A stretch of 61,592 bases of DNA, filler included, from Pirum gemmata (taxonomy: Eukaryota): NCBI GenBank assembly GCA_002812295.1. It is 13 parts of 13 records of this genome, joined end to end, with 100 filler letters (N's around TTAATTAATTAA, not from the genome) between each part and the next. Parts side by side here need not be neighbours in the genome. Positions count along the whole stretch, not along the records: positions 45,593 to 52,776 come from PDIN01001274.1; positions 52,877 to 57,177 come from PDIN01001275.1; positions 57,278 to 61,592 come from PDIN01001276.1; 10 more parts are not named here. One strand, written 5' to 3'. Position 1 is the stretch's first letter; every line of letters begins with the position of its first letter. A program made the translations under genes and the position numbers. The notes beneath the pieces were generated by a model. The model had not been told where the DNA came from. It saw only the letters and a list, made by a program, of their open reading frames with translations, and made no database searches. Positions 51,142 to 61,592 of the stretch are shown one piece after another.

Positions 51142-51946
51142 TTATAATAATACCACCACTATTATAATAATACCACCACCACCACCACCACCACCACCAC
51201 CACCACCATCAGCAGCAGCAGCACCACCACCACTACTACTACTACTATAGCTACTACTATTAATACTATTAATACTATGATATTAATACCACTTCCACTT
51301 CCACCACCACCACCACCACCACTACTACTACTACTACTACCTACTACTACTACTACTACTATTAATACCACTAATACTACCACCACCACCACCACCACCA
51401 CCACTACTACTATTACTACTACTACTACTACTATAGCTATTAATACTACTATTAATACTATTAATACTATCTGATATTATTATAATACTACTTCCACTTC
51501 CACCACCACCACCATCACTACTACTACCACCACCACCATTACTACCACTACCACTACCACTACCACCACTACTACTATCACTTCTACTATTGTCACTACT
51601 ACCACCACCACCACTACCACCACTACTACTATTAATATCACTTCTACGATACTACTTAAAGCTTCTAGGACTACTACCTTTTTTATTATTCCTCTTAGAA
51701 AAGGAAAATTAGTAAATGACATGTATTAATATTAATATTAATATTAATACAGCTTTGTAGTAATATGTATACTTTTAATTAAAGTTGTTATTAATAATAA
51801 TATTAATAATAAGTTTGGGTTTTAGCTTTTAATTAATTGAACCCTATAGCTAACCCTAACCCTAACCTTTACCCTACTTTAAAATTAATTAATTAAAAAT
51901 TTATTATAATGTTATCGTCTATAGACTATATTTGATTATAGTTGTC

Positions 51947-52153
51947 TTATTACCGAACAGCTGCCGGAACTTTTCCGAGTTTTATGGTTTTATTACTATT
52001 AATGTTAATATTATTACTTTAATTGCTATCTATTATAATTAGATTTACTATTTTAAGCTATTTAACTGCTATTATTAGTAAGAAACACGGAATTAAGGTT
52101 GGCTCGATAAACATATGTTCGAAAAAAGTTCCAGTAGATATCTCACCCTTACT
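51947..52153 (+). mobile_element. MITE family B, 5' truncated
   Basis: TTATTACCGAACAGCTGCCGGAAC...GATATCTCACCCTTACT. Confidence 0.9.
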
Positions 52154-52188
52154 GTTGAAGTCCAGATAGACTAGAGAGACTAGTAGAC

Positions 52189-52388
52189 TATCGTGTTTTT
52201 CAACTATTGGTTTTTTACTTTTGTTATAGTCTAGTAGGAATATACAATAAATAGTACCAAATAAATACAATATACATCCATTTTATATATATTGGTATAT
52301 TTTATTATCTATGTATTTATCTAAAGATGTCAGTTTTAAAGATTATAACCTACCAAATAAATATTAAGAGTGGCAAAATAAATGAAAA
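52189..52388 (-). mobile_element. MITE family A variant with an internal TAGTCTAGTA insertion
   Basis: TATCGTGTTTTTCAAC...core...GGCAAAATAAATGAAAA. Confidence 0.75.
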
Positions 52389-52697
52389 TTACTAATTAGT
52401 ATTAAAATATTATTATTATACTATTATTATTATTATTTTAAAAAAGTTTTTAACAGTCAAACCAGATAATCCGCCAGCTAAAAAAACCAAAAAATATTAA
52501 AATACTCCAATTTTAATATAAGTACTACCAAATAGTGAGAAATTATATAACTAAAAAAACTTTATTATGAACCAATGGTTAGATTTTAAAAATAATTTGG
52601 CTAGTTTTTAGAAAAGAAGTCTAAAAAAAAAATGATTTCTATTTATATATTTTTTATGTATGATATTTAATATCATATCATAATAAAAAAAAACATG

Positions 52698-52776
52698 AAG
52701 CGTTCGAATAATACGTCACGTCAAGGGGTAGGTAAGTAGGTGGCATTTGACCAGATATTAACGTCGAGGGGTAGGT
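52698..52776 (+). mobile_element. MITE family C, cut by the contig end
   Basis: GAAGCGTTCGAATAATACGTCACGTCAAGGGG. Confidence 0.85.
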
Positions 52777-53019
52777 NNNNNNNNNNNNNNNNNNNNNNNN
52801 NNNNNNNNNNNNNNNNNNNNTTAATTAATTAANNNNNNNNNNNNNNNNNNNNNNNNNNNNNNNNNNNNNNNNNNNNTTAGGGTTAGGGTTAGGGTTAGGG
52901 TAAGGGTAAGGGTTAGGGTAAGGGTTAGGGTTAGGGTTAGGGTTAGGGTTAGGTAATTGAACTGCAAGCAATTCATTAATCCAAAACAAACCATGAAAAA
53001 GCATAGCAAAAAACAGAGC

Positions 53020-53480
53020 AAATATCATAATGTCTATTATGCACTTGCCGCATTATACACTACAAACCTAATGAGATTGAATATTTATTTGGTTGATTGT
53101 ATTATTTAATTTGTCATTTTTAAATAAATACATACATAATAAAGTGTACCAAATTAAAGGAAATGGTTTTTTATTGTATTAATTTGGTAATTGTATACTT
53201 TATGATGACAAAACAACTGAAAATCACAATACATCATAAATATCATAATGGCTATTATGCACTTGCCGCATAGACACTACCAACCTAATGACATTGAATA
53301 TTTTTTTGGTTGATTATATTATTTAATTTGTCATTTTTAAATAAATAAATACATAATAAAGTGTACCAAATTAAAGGAAATGGGTTTTTATTGTATTAAT
53401 TTGGTACTCTTTATTGTATACTTTATGATGACAAAACAACTGAAAATCACAACACATCATAAATATCATAATGGCTATTA
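53020..53480. repeat. tandem duplication of about 217 bp carrying a truncated family A element in each unit
   Basis: AAATATCATAATG.CTATTAT occurs three times; the family A 3' end TGACAAAACAACTGAAAATCAC occurs twice. Confidence 0.88.
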
Positions 53481-54003
53481 TCCTCATGAGATTGCTTTCA
53501 CACACTTTCAGTTATGTCGATAAGAAACAGCACTTCTTTTTGTATCTGATACACCTGGGCGTATTATCATTAATAGCATAATCATAAAGGAAACTCATCA
53601 TACATTTCACGTATAAATATACAAAAATACAATTAGTAGTATTATAAACGAATAAATTTTACCTCACTTTGTACGTAGTAAGGGAGAAGGATAACAATTA
53701 CTGGTATTAATTAAGTATATATATTAGTGTTTTTGAATAGTTTTATTGTATTTATCGCTTTACAAAAGGATAATGTGCAACTTTTCAATTTAAATAATAC
53801 CATTTAAAAATTTAAATAAATATAAAATGAAAGAACATCAATACAAAATTCAAAATAATATCGCAAAAAAAAACACTCACACACACACACACACACACAC
53901 AATGTCATGTGTAAATAGACTGGATGTTACCTAACCCTAACCCTAACCCTAACCCTAACCCTAACCCTAATCCCGATTTTAATTAGATTACACTTTTACT
54001 TAA

Positions 54004-54981
54004 TTAAGCGTATCCCATTCTCAACGTGGGAACGGATTTACGCCGAGTTTCCTCACCAAGTTTTTCCTTTTTTGATGGTAAAAAACACAACAAAGGACCA
54101 GCAAGATATTTATTCGAATTTTTCCTTTTAAATGTAAAAGTATTGCTAAAATTACTTAAACTGTTTCTACCTTTAAGACGACCATTATTACTTTTACTGT
54201 CAATACTATTATTATTATTATTAATAATATTATTATTATTATTATTATTAAGATTATAGTTATATATATTGTCATTATTATTGGGTTCATTTGTGAAACT
54301 ACAACTGTTACTTCTAATTCTGAATCTGGGTAATATATCATCATTAATAGTTTTTTCAATTTCTGTTTTGACTGTATTTATAATGTCGATAAAATTAAAT
54401 AAATCAAACTCAAACTCAACAAAGTAATTAGTACAGACTTCTAATGCGTAACCTTTTTCAGGGTGAACTTTCAAAACATCCGCCGTTTGGTTTTTCATTC
54501 GTGCTGATATATTAATTTGATGAGAGCTAAACGGTGAAAAATATTTTCGGTATAAAACTCTAGCTCTTTGTAATATATATTTTTTTGTTATGGTTTTGGT
54601 ATTATTATTAGCTTTTTTAGCACCACCAGCAATCCTCCCGTCATCATTAACATCATTAACATTATTATTATCATTAACAATGATAACATAATTTTCATTA
54701 TTTTCATCATTATCATCACTATCATCATCAGTATCGTTATTATCATCATTATCATCAGTATCGTTATTATCATTATTATCATTATTATCATTATTATCAT
54801 CACTTATGTCTAATATTAAGTTATTTATTATATCCATTAGTTCTCCATATTCTATTATAAAATCTAAATTTTCACTATTATACTCTTGTTTCGTAAATCT
54901 TTGAAATTGTTTTTTACTGCGAGGACAATCTAGTATTGAAGTTAAGCCATTAACTTCAACAATATTTTTGTTGAAATACAT
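54004..54981 (-). CDS. regulator of G-protein signalling (RGS) domain protein
   Basis: LTSILD...FQRFTKQEYNSENLDF, ARVLYRKYF...QINIS and DILPRF are the canonical RGS blocks, split by a D/N-rich insertion. Intact 325-aa ORF. Confidence 0.9.
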   Translation of the reverse strand: MYFNKNIVEVNGLTSILDCPRSKKQFQRFTKQEYNSENLDFIIEYGELMDIINNLILDISDDNNDNNDNNDNNDTDDNDDNNDTDDDSDDNDENNENYVIIVNDNNNVNDVNDDGRIAGGAKKANNNTKTITKKYILQRARVLYRKYFSPFSSHQINISARMKNQTADVLKVHPEKGYALEVCTNYFVEFEFDLFNFIDIINTVKTEIEKTINDDILPRFRIRSNSCSFTNEPNNNDNIYNYNLNNNNNNNIINNNNNSIDSKSNNGRLKGRNSLSNFSNTFTFKRKNSNKYLAGPLLCFLPSKKEKLGEETRRKSVPTLRMGYA

Positions 54982-55405
54982 TTTTGGTATACCTCCCTTA
55001 TAAAATAATTTAATAATATAATATATAAACAGTTACTTATCTCTCAAAGGTTTATTGTTATTTTATTTATGATTTATTTTTTCCTATAAATTTAAAGTTT
55101 TTTTGGTTTTGTTTTTGTTTTTGATTTTTTGTCTGTAAGTTTATCATAATACTTTTTATTTATTTTATTTTATTTTTATTTTTTTTACAATAATCATTTT
55201 TATATTTATACATATATATCTACTAAGTTATATGATATATATCAGAATAATTTTTTTTTATTATTATTATTTATTTATTATACATATCATATAAAAAAAA
55301 ATATCATTATCCGATATAAATCAAAAACATTATTAGATCATAAATGGGTCTAGCTAGTAGTAGTCTATATAGACTACCTCCTAGACTACCTCTCTAATGA
55401 GTCTC

Positions 55406-55590
55406 TATCGTCTAAAACTGAAATAAACAATATCAAATTATTATTATCAGACATGCTTTAATCGATTTGGTATGTTATACTTTATGTTTTATTTAATAAA
55501 CAAGTTCAATTATACACTTAAACGGTGCCAAATTAAAGATTGAGAGGATAACTGTAATGAAATAGATAGAATGAAATAAATATAGACGAC
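55406..55590 (+). mobile_element. MITE family D, internally deleted
   Basis: AAAACTGAAATAAAC...AACAAGTTCAATTATACACTTAAAC...CTGTAATGAAATAGA. Confidence 0.82.
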
Positions 55591-55739
55591 AGCAGTCACA
55601 GGCTCACAGCACTCTCACAGCATCATTATTGCGGAATTTGAGATACTTTTGAGATCTTATTTTTTTGAATATTATAATTAATGTCAGTGAATATTTATTA
55701 AATAATTTTTATTTATTATGTAAAAAAATGTAGTCTAAC

Positions 55740-55972
55740 AGTAGGGGAGAGATGGCGTCATTTTATTATTACCGAACAGCTGCCGGAACTTTTCCGATTT
55801 TTATAGTTTTATTACTATTAATGTTAATAGTATTACTTTAATTGGTATCTATTATAATTATATTTACTATTTTGAGCTATTTAGCTGCTATTATTAGTAA
55901 GAAACACGGAACTAAGGTTGGCTCGATAAGCATCTTTTCGAAAAAAGTTCCAGTAGATATCTCACCCCTACT
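55740..55972 (+). mobile_element. MITE family B, complete
   Basis: AGTAGGGGAGAGAT...ATCTCACCCCTACT. Confidence 0.9.
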
Positions 55973-56311
55973 ATTTGAAGTGGATTTGATCATTAAAAAA
56001 AAAAATAATAATAACAACATCATTTAATTTTAATACTACAGAGTACAGACTACAGTACTATCCATACAGGCTACTGCTATGATGCTATGAGCGCTATGTA
56101 TACTATCACACACTACTGGTTGTTGTCTAGAGCTAGCTACCACTAGCTACTAGCTACTAGGGACCTGCTGCCTGGGACCTGGGACTCTCCTAACAGTAGG
56201 GTTCTGAGGGTTAGGCACCTACTAGACTACTAGCTAGCTCTAGGCGGGGCTAGAGACCTAGCTACTAGGGGGTCAGGCACCTAGTCTAGCTAGTTAGGCA
56301 CCCAGCTACTT

Positions 56312-56481
56312 TCATGCTTTTCATTTATTTTGTCACTCTGAATATTTATTTGGAGGGTTATAATATTTTAATTGGCATTTTTAAATCAATAAATAGATGA
56401 TAAAATATACCTAATTAAATTAAATGGATTTATATTGTTTTAATTTGGTACTATTTATGACAAAGCAACTGAAAAGCAGTA
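56312..56481 (+). mobile_element. MITE family A, internally deleted
   Basis: TGCTTTTCATTTATTTTGTCACTCTG...CTGAAAAGCAGTA. Confidence 0.85.
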
Positions 56482-57406
56482 TACATTTTGTCATTATAGA
56501 ATACGCAGTAATAAATACCAAGTTAATACTATATCAAATTTATTTGATACAATTTGATTAATTTGGCGTGTTTAATAATTCATATTTCAATTTAAAATAA
56601 ACACGTTTATAAACTTAAAAGTACCAAATAAATAATGTAAGTGACAAAAAATAAATGAAAAGCAGGATAGCTAGCTACGTATATTATGATAGCAATCGAT
56701 GTAATAATATTATAATAATTATGATAGCCAAAAACTCTGCTAAAAACTCTCAAATTTGATCACTTTTACTTTATTAGTAACTGTTCGAGTACTACCGGTA
56801 ACTGTTATTGTTGATACTGTTCTTTATTTATATAGACTATTTTAACTAAGTCTATTCTTGCCCAATATTAATATTATTTTCAGTTTTATTTTCTTATTTT
56901 TTATTTATTTATGATATTATTATTATAAAAAACGTATTTATAATATCATAATTATTATTTATTTATTATTTATTAATTTTTAAATTAATTCATAATATAT
57001 ATTAAAAAAATATATATTTGACAATATTCACAACAATGACTACAACGCTATAGTACTATTAGGAACAAAGTTTAAAACCAATATAATTATTAATAATAAT
57101 ATCTAGAACAAAAGAACAATATTAAAATACAATTGCTTATCATTTATATTTGAATACAAAGTTTTTTTTTTTTTTTTNNNNNNNNNNNNNNNNNNNNNNN
57201 NNNNNNNNNNNNNNNNNNNNNTTAATTAATTAANNNNNNNNNNNNNNNNNNNNNNNNNNNNNNNNNNNNNNNNNNNNATTATTATTATTATAATAATTGT
57301 CATTATTTATCATTAAAAAATAAACAATAAACAATAAACAGTACCCAACCCCAACCCCAACTTTACCCCAACCATAAGTTCATAACCCTAACGATGATTT
57401 TCAATT

Positions 57407-57720
57407 GCTTATTTCATGACACAAAAAGAGCTTTTCGATAATTATTATAGGACTTCAAAAAAAATTGAAGTCCTTGTTATAAAAATAAAGAGAACATTTT
57501 TTCCTTATCTGATTATTTCTGATAGCGCCCCCCCCCCAAAAAAATTCGAATATTTTTTTCCGCTGATTTCCAGCGCTGATTTCATGACGCAAAAAGGACG
57601 ATCGGCCTAGCTATCGGATATGCGGTTATTTTAAAAGTAAATTTTTTTCGCTGATTTCATGACGAAAAAAGCAATTTTTTTCGCTGATTTCATGACGCAA
57701 AAAACGCTTTTTTTCGCTTT
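57407..57720. repeat. dispersed motif of about 22 bp, TTTCGCTGATTTCATGACGCAAAAA, x4
   Basis: Copies near 57407 (degenerate), 57574, 57646 and 57679. Confidence 0.8.
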
Positions 57721-58155
57721 TTTTCAAAAAAAAAAAATTGCAGTATGACTATATATAGCCATGGGAAAGGGTTGCTTTTTTTTTTTTTGTGCATTTTCAC
57801 AGCTTTTATTTATCCCCCCCCAAAAAAATCCAAAAAATTACTTTATTTGTTAAAGAAAATACAATATCTTTATAAGGCAAAAAAGTGGGTGAAGAACAGT
57901 TTTCAGATCGTTTTCCTTACAAAAAAAAAGGATTACAGACTTACAGTTATTATTGTTGATTTGTTTCATAATAATTTCGTATTTATAATAAGTTATCTGA
58001 GAATAATGATTTGATTGTCATAATATTAATTAAAATATCACTACTGCTACTAGCTAGTAGCTAGATAGTAGCTAGCGACTAGACCTATCACATTTTCGAG
58101 CAAGTCTCGCTTAATTAAAAAACTTCGTCTACGACTCTACGACTAGCTATAGTAG

Positions 58156-58350
58156 TATTGTGCTCGTGCTTTTCATTTATTTTGTCACTCTGAATATTTA
58201 TTTTGTTGGTTACAATATTTAAATTGATATTTTTAAAATAATAATTAGATTATAAAATATACCAAATTAAATAAAATGGATTTATATTGTATTAATTTGG
58301 TATTCTTTATTGTATATTTTATGATGACAAAACAACTGAAAAGCACGATA
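58156..58350 (+). mobile_element. MITE family A, full length
   Basis: TATTGTGCTCGTGCTTTTC...CTGAAAAGCACGATA. Confidence 0.92.
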
Positions 58351-59513
58351 GTAGCTATCAATAGACTATGTATAAAATCTATGTATATATAAATAATAAA
58401 AAACGTTGAAAACGGCTCACTCTTCAATTGTTATCATACAGTGGTTATCGTATTGATAGTTAGTTCAAATGAGGGAAGGTAGCTGAGGGGAAGGTAGGCG
58501 GAACACTGGTGGTGCTGACTAGTAGAATCATCAAAAAGAAAACAAACAAGTTGAACTAGCTACTAGCTATCGATAACTACATTAAATTTTATAAGCTTTA
58601 TATATATTATAATAAAAGAGTTATCACGATTTATAAAAAAGTATGCTTTTCTATATAATACATATTTTAATTAATTAAATAGCAGTCTTTTTAAAACTAG
58701 CCTTTACCAACTCCTTTACCACTCCTTTACCTCTCCTACTACTAGCTAGCTAGTAGTAGCTAGTAGTAGCTAGTAGCTATGATAGCCAGCCAGAGTACTA
58801 ATAGCTAGCTAGTACGATAATATACATGTACAGTATGATATGATAGGTTATCTACGTACCTAACTAAGGTACCTACTACCAACCACTTAGTATCGATAGT
58901 AGTATCAATGATACCTCTATCCCCTATAGACTATCATACTGCTTACACATATTATCATGATAGATTGGGAGGGGGGGGGGTGGTCTAGCTACTTAGTAGT
59001 ATCGATAGTAGTAGTAGTAGTATCGATTGATAGTAGTAGTAGTAGTAGTAGTAGTATCAGATAGTAACTAGCTATCATAGCTAGACTCTACATAATTATA
59101 TACTGGTAGTCTATACTGTCTATCTATATAATATGATAACACTTATCATATCAATATATACATAGACTACAATTACAATTACTAACTACAATATATATCT
59201 ACAGTCTATAAAATATCTCTATAGGTATATTATAGTATATATAGGTATTAATATGATAATATGGGTATCTACTTGCCTAACTAAGGTAGGCCTACGGTAC
59301 CTACCACTTATCATAGTAACAGTATATCATATCATATCAATAGTAACTACCTATCAAATCGATACCTACACTCTCACAGTACTCTCACCTATCTACTAGT
59401 AGCCTACACATAAAATATATATGAATGGATGGATTCATGCCAATTTCATGATGTTAGACCGGATACATATCTACAGTATATCTACATATCTGATATAGAT
59501 ATACTAGTAGTTA

Positions 59514-59685
59514 TAGTGCTTTTCAGTTGTTTTGTCATCATAAAATATATAATAAATAGTACCAAATTACTATAATATAAATCCATTTGATTTAATTTTG
59601 GTATATTTTATTATCTATGTATTGATTTAAAAATTTCAATTTAAAGATTATAACCCTCCAAATAAATATTAAGAGTGGCACGATA
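59514..59685 (-). mobile_element. MITE family A, small terminal deletion
   Basis: TAGTGCTTTTCAGTTG...GAGTGGCACGATA. Confidence 0.9.
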
Positions 59686-60166
59686 CTCAGTCATCATACT
59701 ACTATCAGATACTACTATCTGATAAAGTATACCTACTAGCTAGTAGCTAGCTAGAGACAGCATGCATGTATGCTATTGATACACTTTGATACAAGACTAT
59801 CATAATATTATCGATATATACCAGTACTCTACTCTACTACTACTAGCTAGCTAGCTAGCTAGAGAGCTACCAGTAGCCCACAGTGGTGTGATCAATATAA
59901 ATTGACATTATTATATCATACTATCCTACATAATTATGATATCACAACATGATCATGATCTTTTATGTAAATATTACCATATTAATACTTTTGTATTATA
60001 ATTAGCTTTTGTAATAATTAAATGTGTGTGGTGTTAAAAATTATTATACTAATGCCCGCTATTAAATTGGCGATATTAATAATTATTACATATAAATAAT
60101 AATAATTATCCATGATTAAAGTTAACCTTTTCATTATTAGGTTACATGTGTTATAATATTATTATG

Positions 60167-60290
60167 TATCGTCTTTTTCATTACAGTTGTCCTCTCAATC
60201 TTTAATTTGGTACTGTTTAAGTGTATAATTGAACTTGTTTATAAAATAAAACATTAATTATAAAATACCAAATTAATTAAAACATGTCTA
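60167..60290 (-). mobile_element. MITE family D, truncated by TAGCTA-rich filler
   Basis: Reverse complement of about 44005-44130. Confidence 0.88.
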
Positions 60291-61019
60291 GCTAGAGCTA
60301 GCTAGCTAGCTACTGGTAGCTGCAGCTACTGGTAGTACTTAGTTATCATAGCTATCCGATATAGTACTAGCTAGCTAGCTAGTCTATCAGATATCAGTGA
60401 TAGCTAGAGTCTAGCTAGCTAGTAGCTAGCTACACTATCTGACTATCTGATACTACTAGCTAGCTAGCTAGCTATCCGATAGCTACTGGCTAGCAGCTAG
60501 CTACTAGCTAGCTAGTATCTGATAGTACTGTGTGGTGATAGCTACTACTATGATAGCTAGCTAGCTAGCCCCTCTACAGGTCCCTATCGAGTGATAGATA
60601 CCACTACTGCCGCTAGCTAGCTAGCTAGCTAACTGCCAGTATTGACATCTGATAATTAAAAAAAAACGACCAACTTTTGGGTTTCATTAGAATTTTCAGT
60701 TTTCAAGAATAAGTAATGTAATAGTAAATTAGTAATGTAATAATTATTGAATAGGAATTTCAAACATAAAAAAAGTGGGCGTTTTTAAAAAAATTATGAT
60801 ATTAGTAAAAAAAAACTAGTTAGTTTATGAGGGAGAGAGGCTGGAAGAGAGGTAAACTCTCTAGCTAGCTAGCTAGCTAGTTCTAAGGTGTTAGTTGTTT
60901 TGCTATATATCATACTATCGATATCATATCAGAAACTCTAATGCACACTAGCTATGATAGCTAACTAATACCATAGAAGTAGAGTTGTTTTGTAATATTA
61001 ATAATAGACTTTAAATTTT

Positions 61020-61125
61020 AATTTAATTTAGTTTTATTATCTATGTATTTATTTAAAAATGTCAATTTAAAGATTATAACCCTCCAAATAAATATTCAGA
61101 GTGACAAAATAAATGAAAAGAATGA
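61020..61125 (-). mobile_element. MITE family A, partial (another copy starts at 61559 and runs off the window)
   Basis: ...AACCCTCCAAATAAATATTCAGAGTGACAAAATAAATGAAAAG. Confidence 0.85.
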
Positions 61126-61592
61126 TGCTAACATTTATTAGTCTACTTGTGGCTATCAGTTACTGTAGACCTTAGTTAGAGTGTGGACCTAGCTAACTAG
61201 CTACTAGCTAGCTAGAGCTACTAGTCTAGTTTGTCTAGCTATCGATAGGTACTCTAGCTAGCTAGCTAGCTAGCTAGTCGTAGCTATGATAGCTCTAGCT
61301 GCTCTAGCTATGATAGCTAGACTATCTAGCTAGGCTAGCTAGATTATGATAGTCTATTTATAAATAAATTTGGGAGAACGAGCCCGTCGAGCCGCGCGAC
61401 TCGTGAGCATTTTTTTAAATTTTTTTTTTTCTTAATTTTTTTTTAAAATATGGTTTTTATCAACGAGAATAATTAGCTTGTTTCAAAAAAAAAACGATGC
61501 CCACAAAATCTAGCAAGGTGAGCAGCGCTTATCTGATATAGACTATTATATTAAATATTATCGTGCTTTTCATTTATTTTGTCACTCTGAAT

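Noticed and set aside
61371..61416. GC-rich segment followed by a T-run as a tRNA or Pol III gene
   Set aside because: No cloverleaf and no A/B boxes recognisable.

Overview
Very AT-rich, microsatellite-laden eukaryotic DNA. It is not one contiguous locus: twelve 100-bp linkers (44 N + TTAATTAATTAA + 44 N) join 13 segments, mostly about 4.1-4.7 kb, so adjacency across linkers is probably artificial. The gene content (syntenin-like tandem PDZ, RGS, aftiphilin-like AP-1 accessory protein, a vWA/NPxY receptor) together with TTAGGG repeats and TACTAAC-type branch points suggests a unicellular holozoan/opisthokont; this is an inference. Supported genes: a 3-exon secreted protein (1434-2926), an aftiphilin-like protein (17788-21174), a glutaredoxin exon (27050-27203), a coiled-coil protein exon, an intronless vWA + 5x TSP-like + TM + NPIY receptor (33611-35752), a syntenin-like exon (45611-46618), a GT2-GT32 glycosyltransferase fusion (47628-49874) and an RGS protein (54004-54981). 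Intergenic DNA is dominated by non-autonomous DNA transposons: TA-flanked MITE families A (about 25 copies or fragments) and D (4), an 8-bp-TSD family B (6), a 3-bp-TSD Harbinger-like family C (9), and 19-43 bp CAAGG...CCTTG micro-elements, one with a perfect 7-bp TSD. The most unusual signal is a sequence 'grammar' of TA-anchored micro-insertions (TA becomes TAGTA, TAGCTA, TAGTCTA or TAGACTA). It is visible by comparing repeat copies and appears to have built kilobases of TAGCTA/TATCGATA-rich DNA, possibly as stacked transposon excision footprints. No rRNA, tRNA or CRISPR array was recognised.
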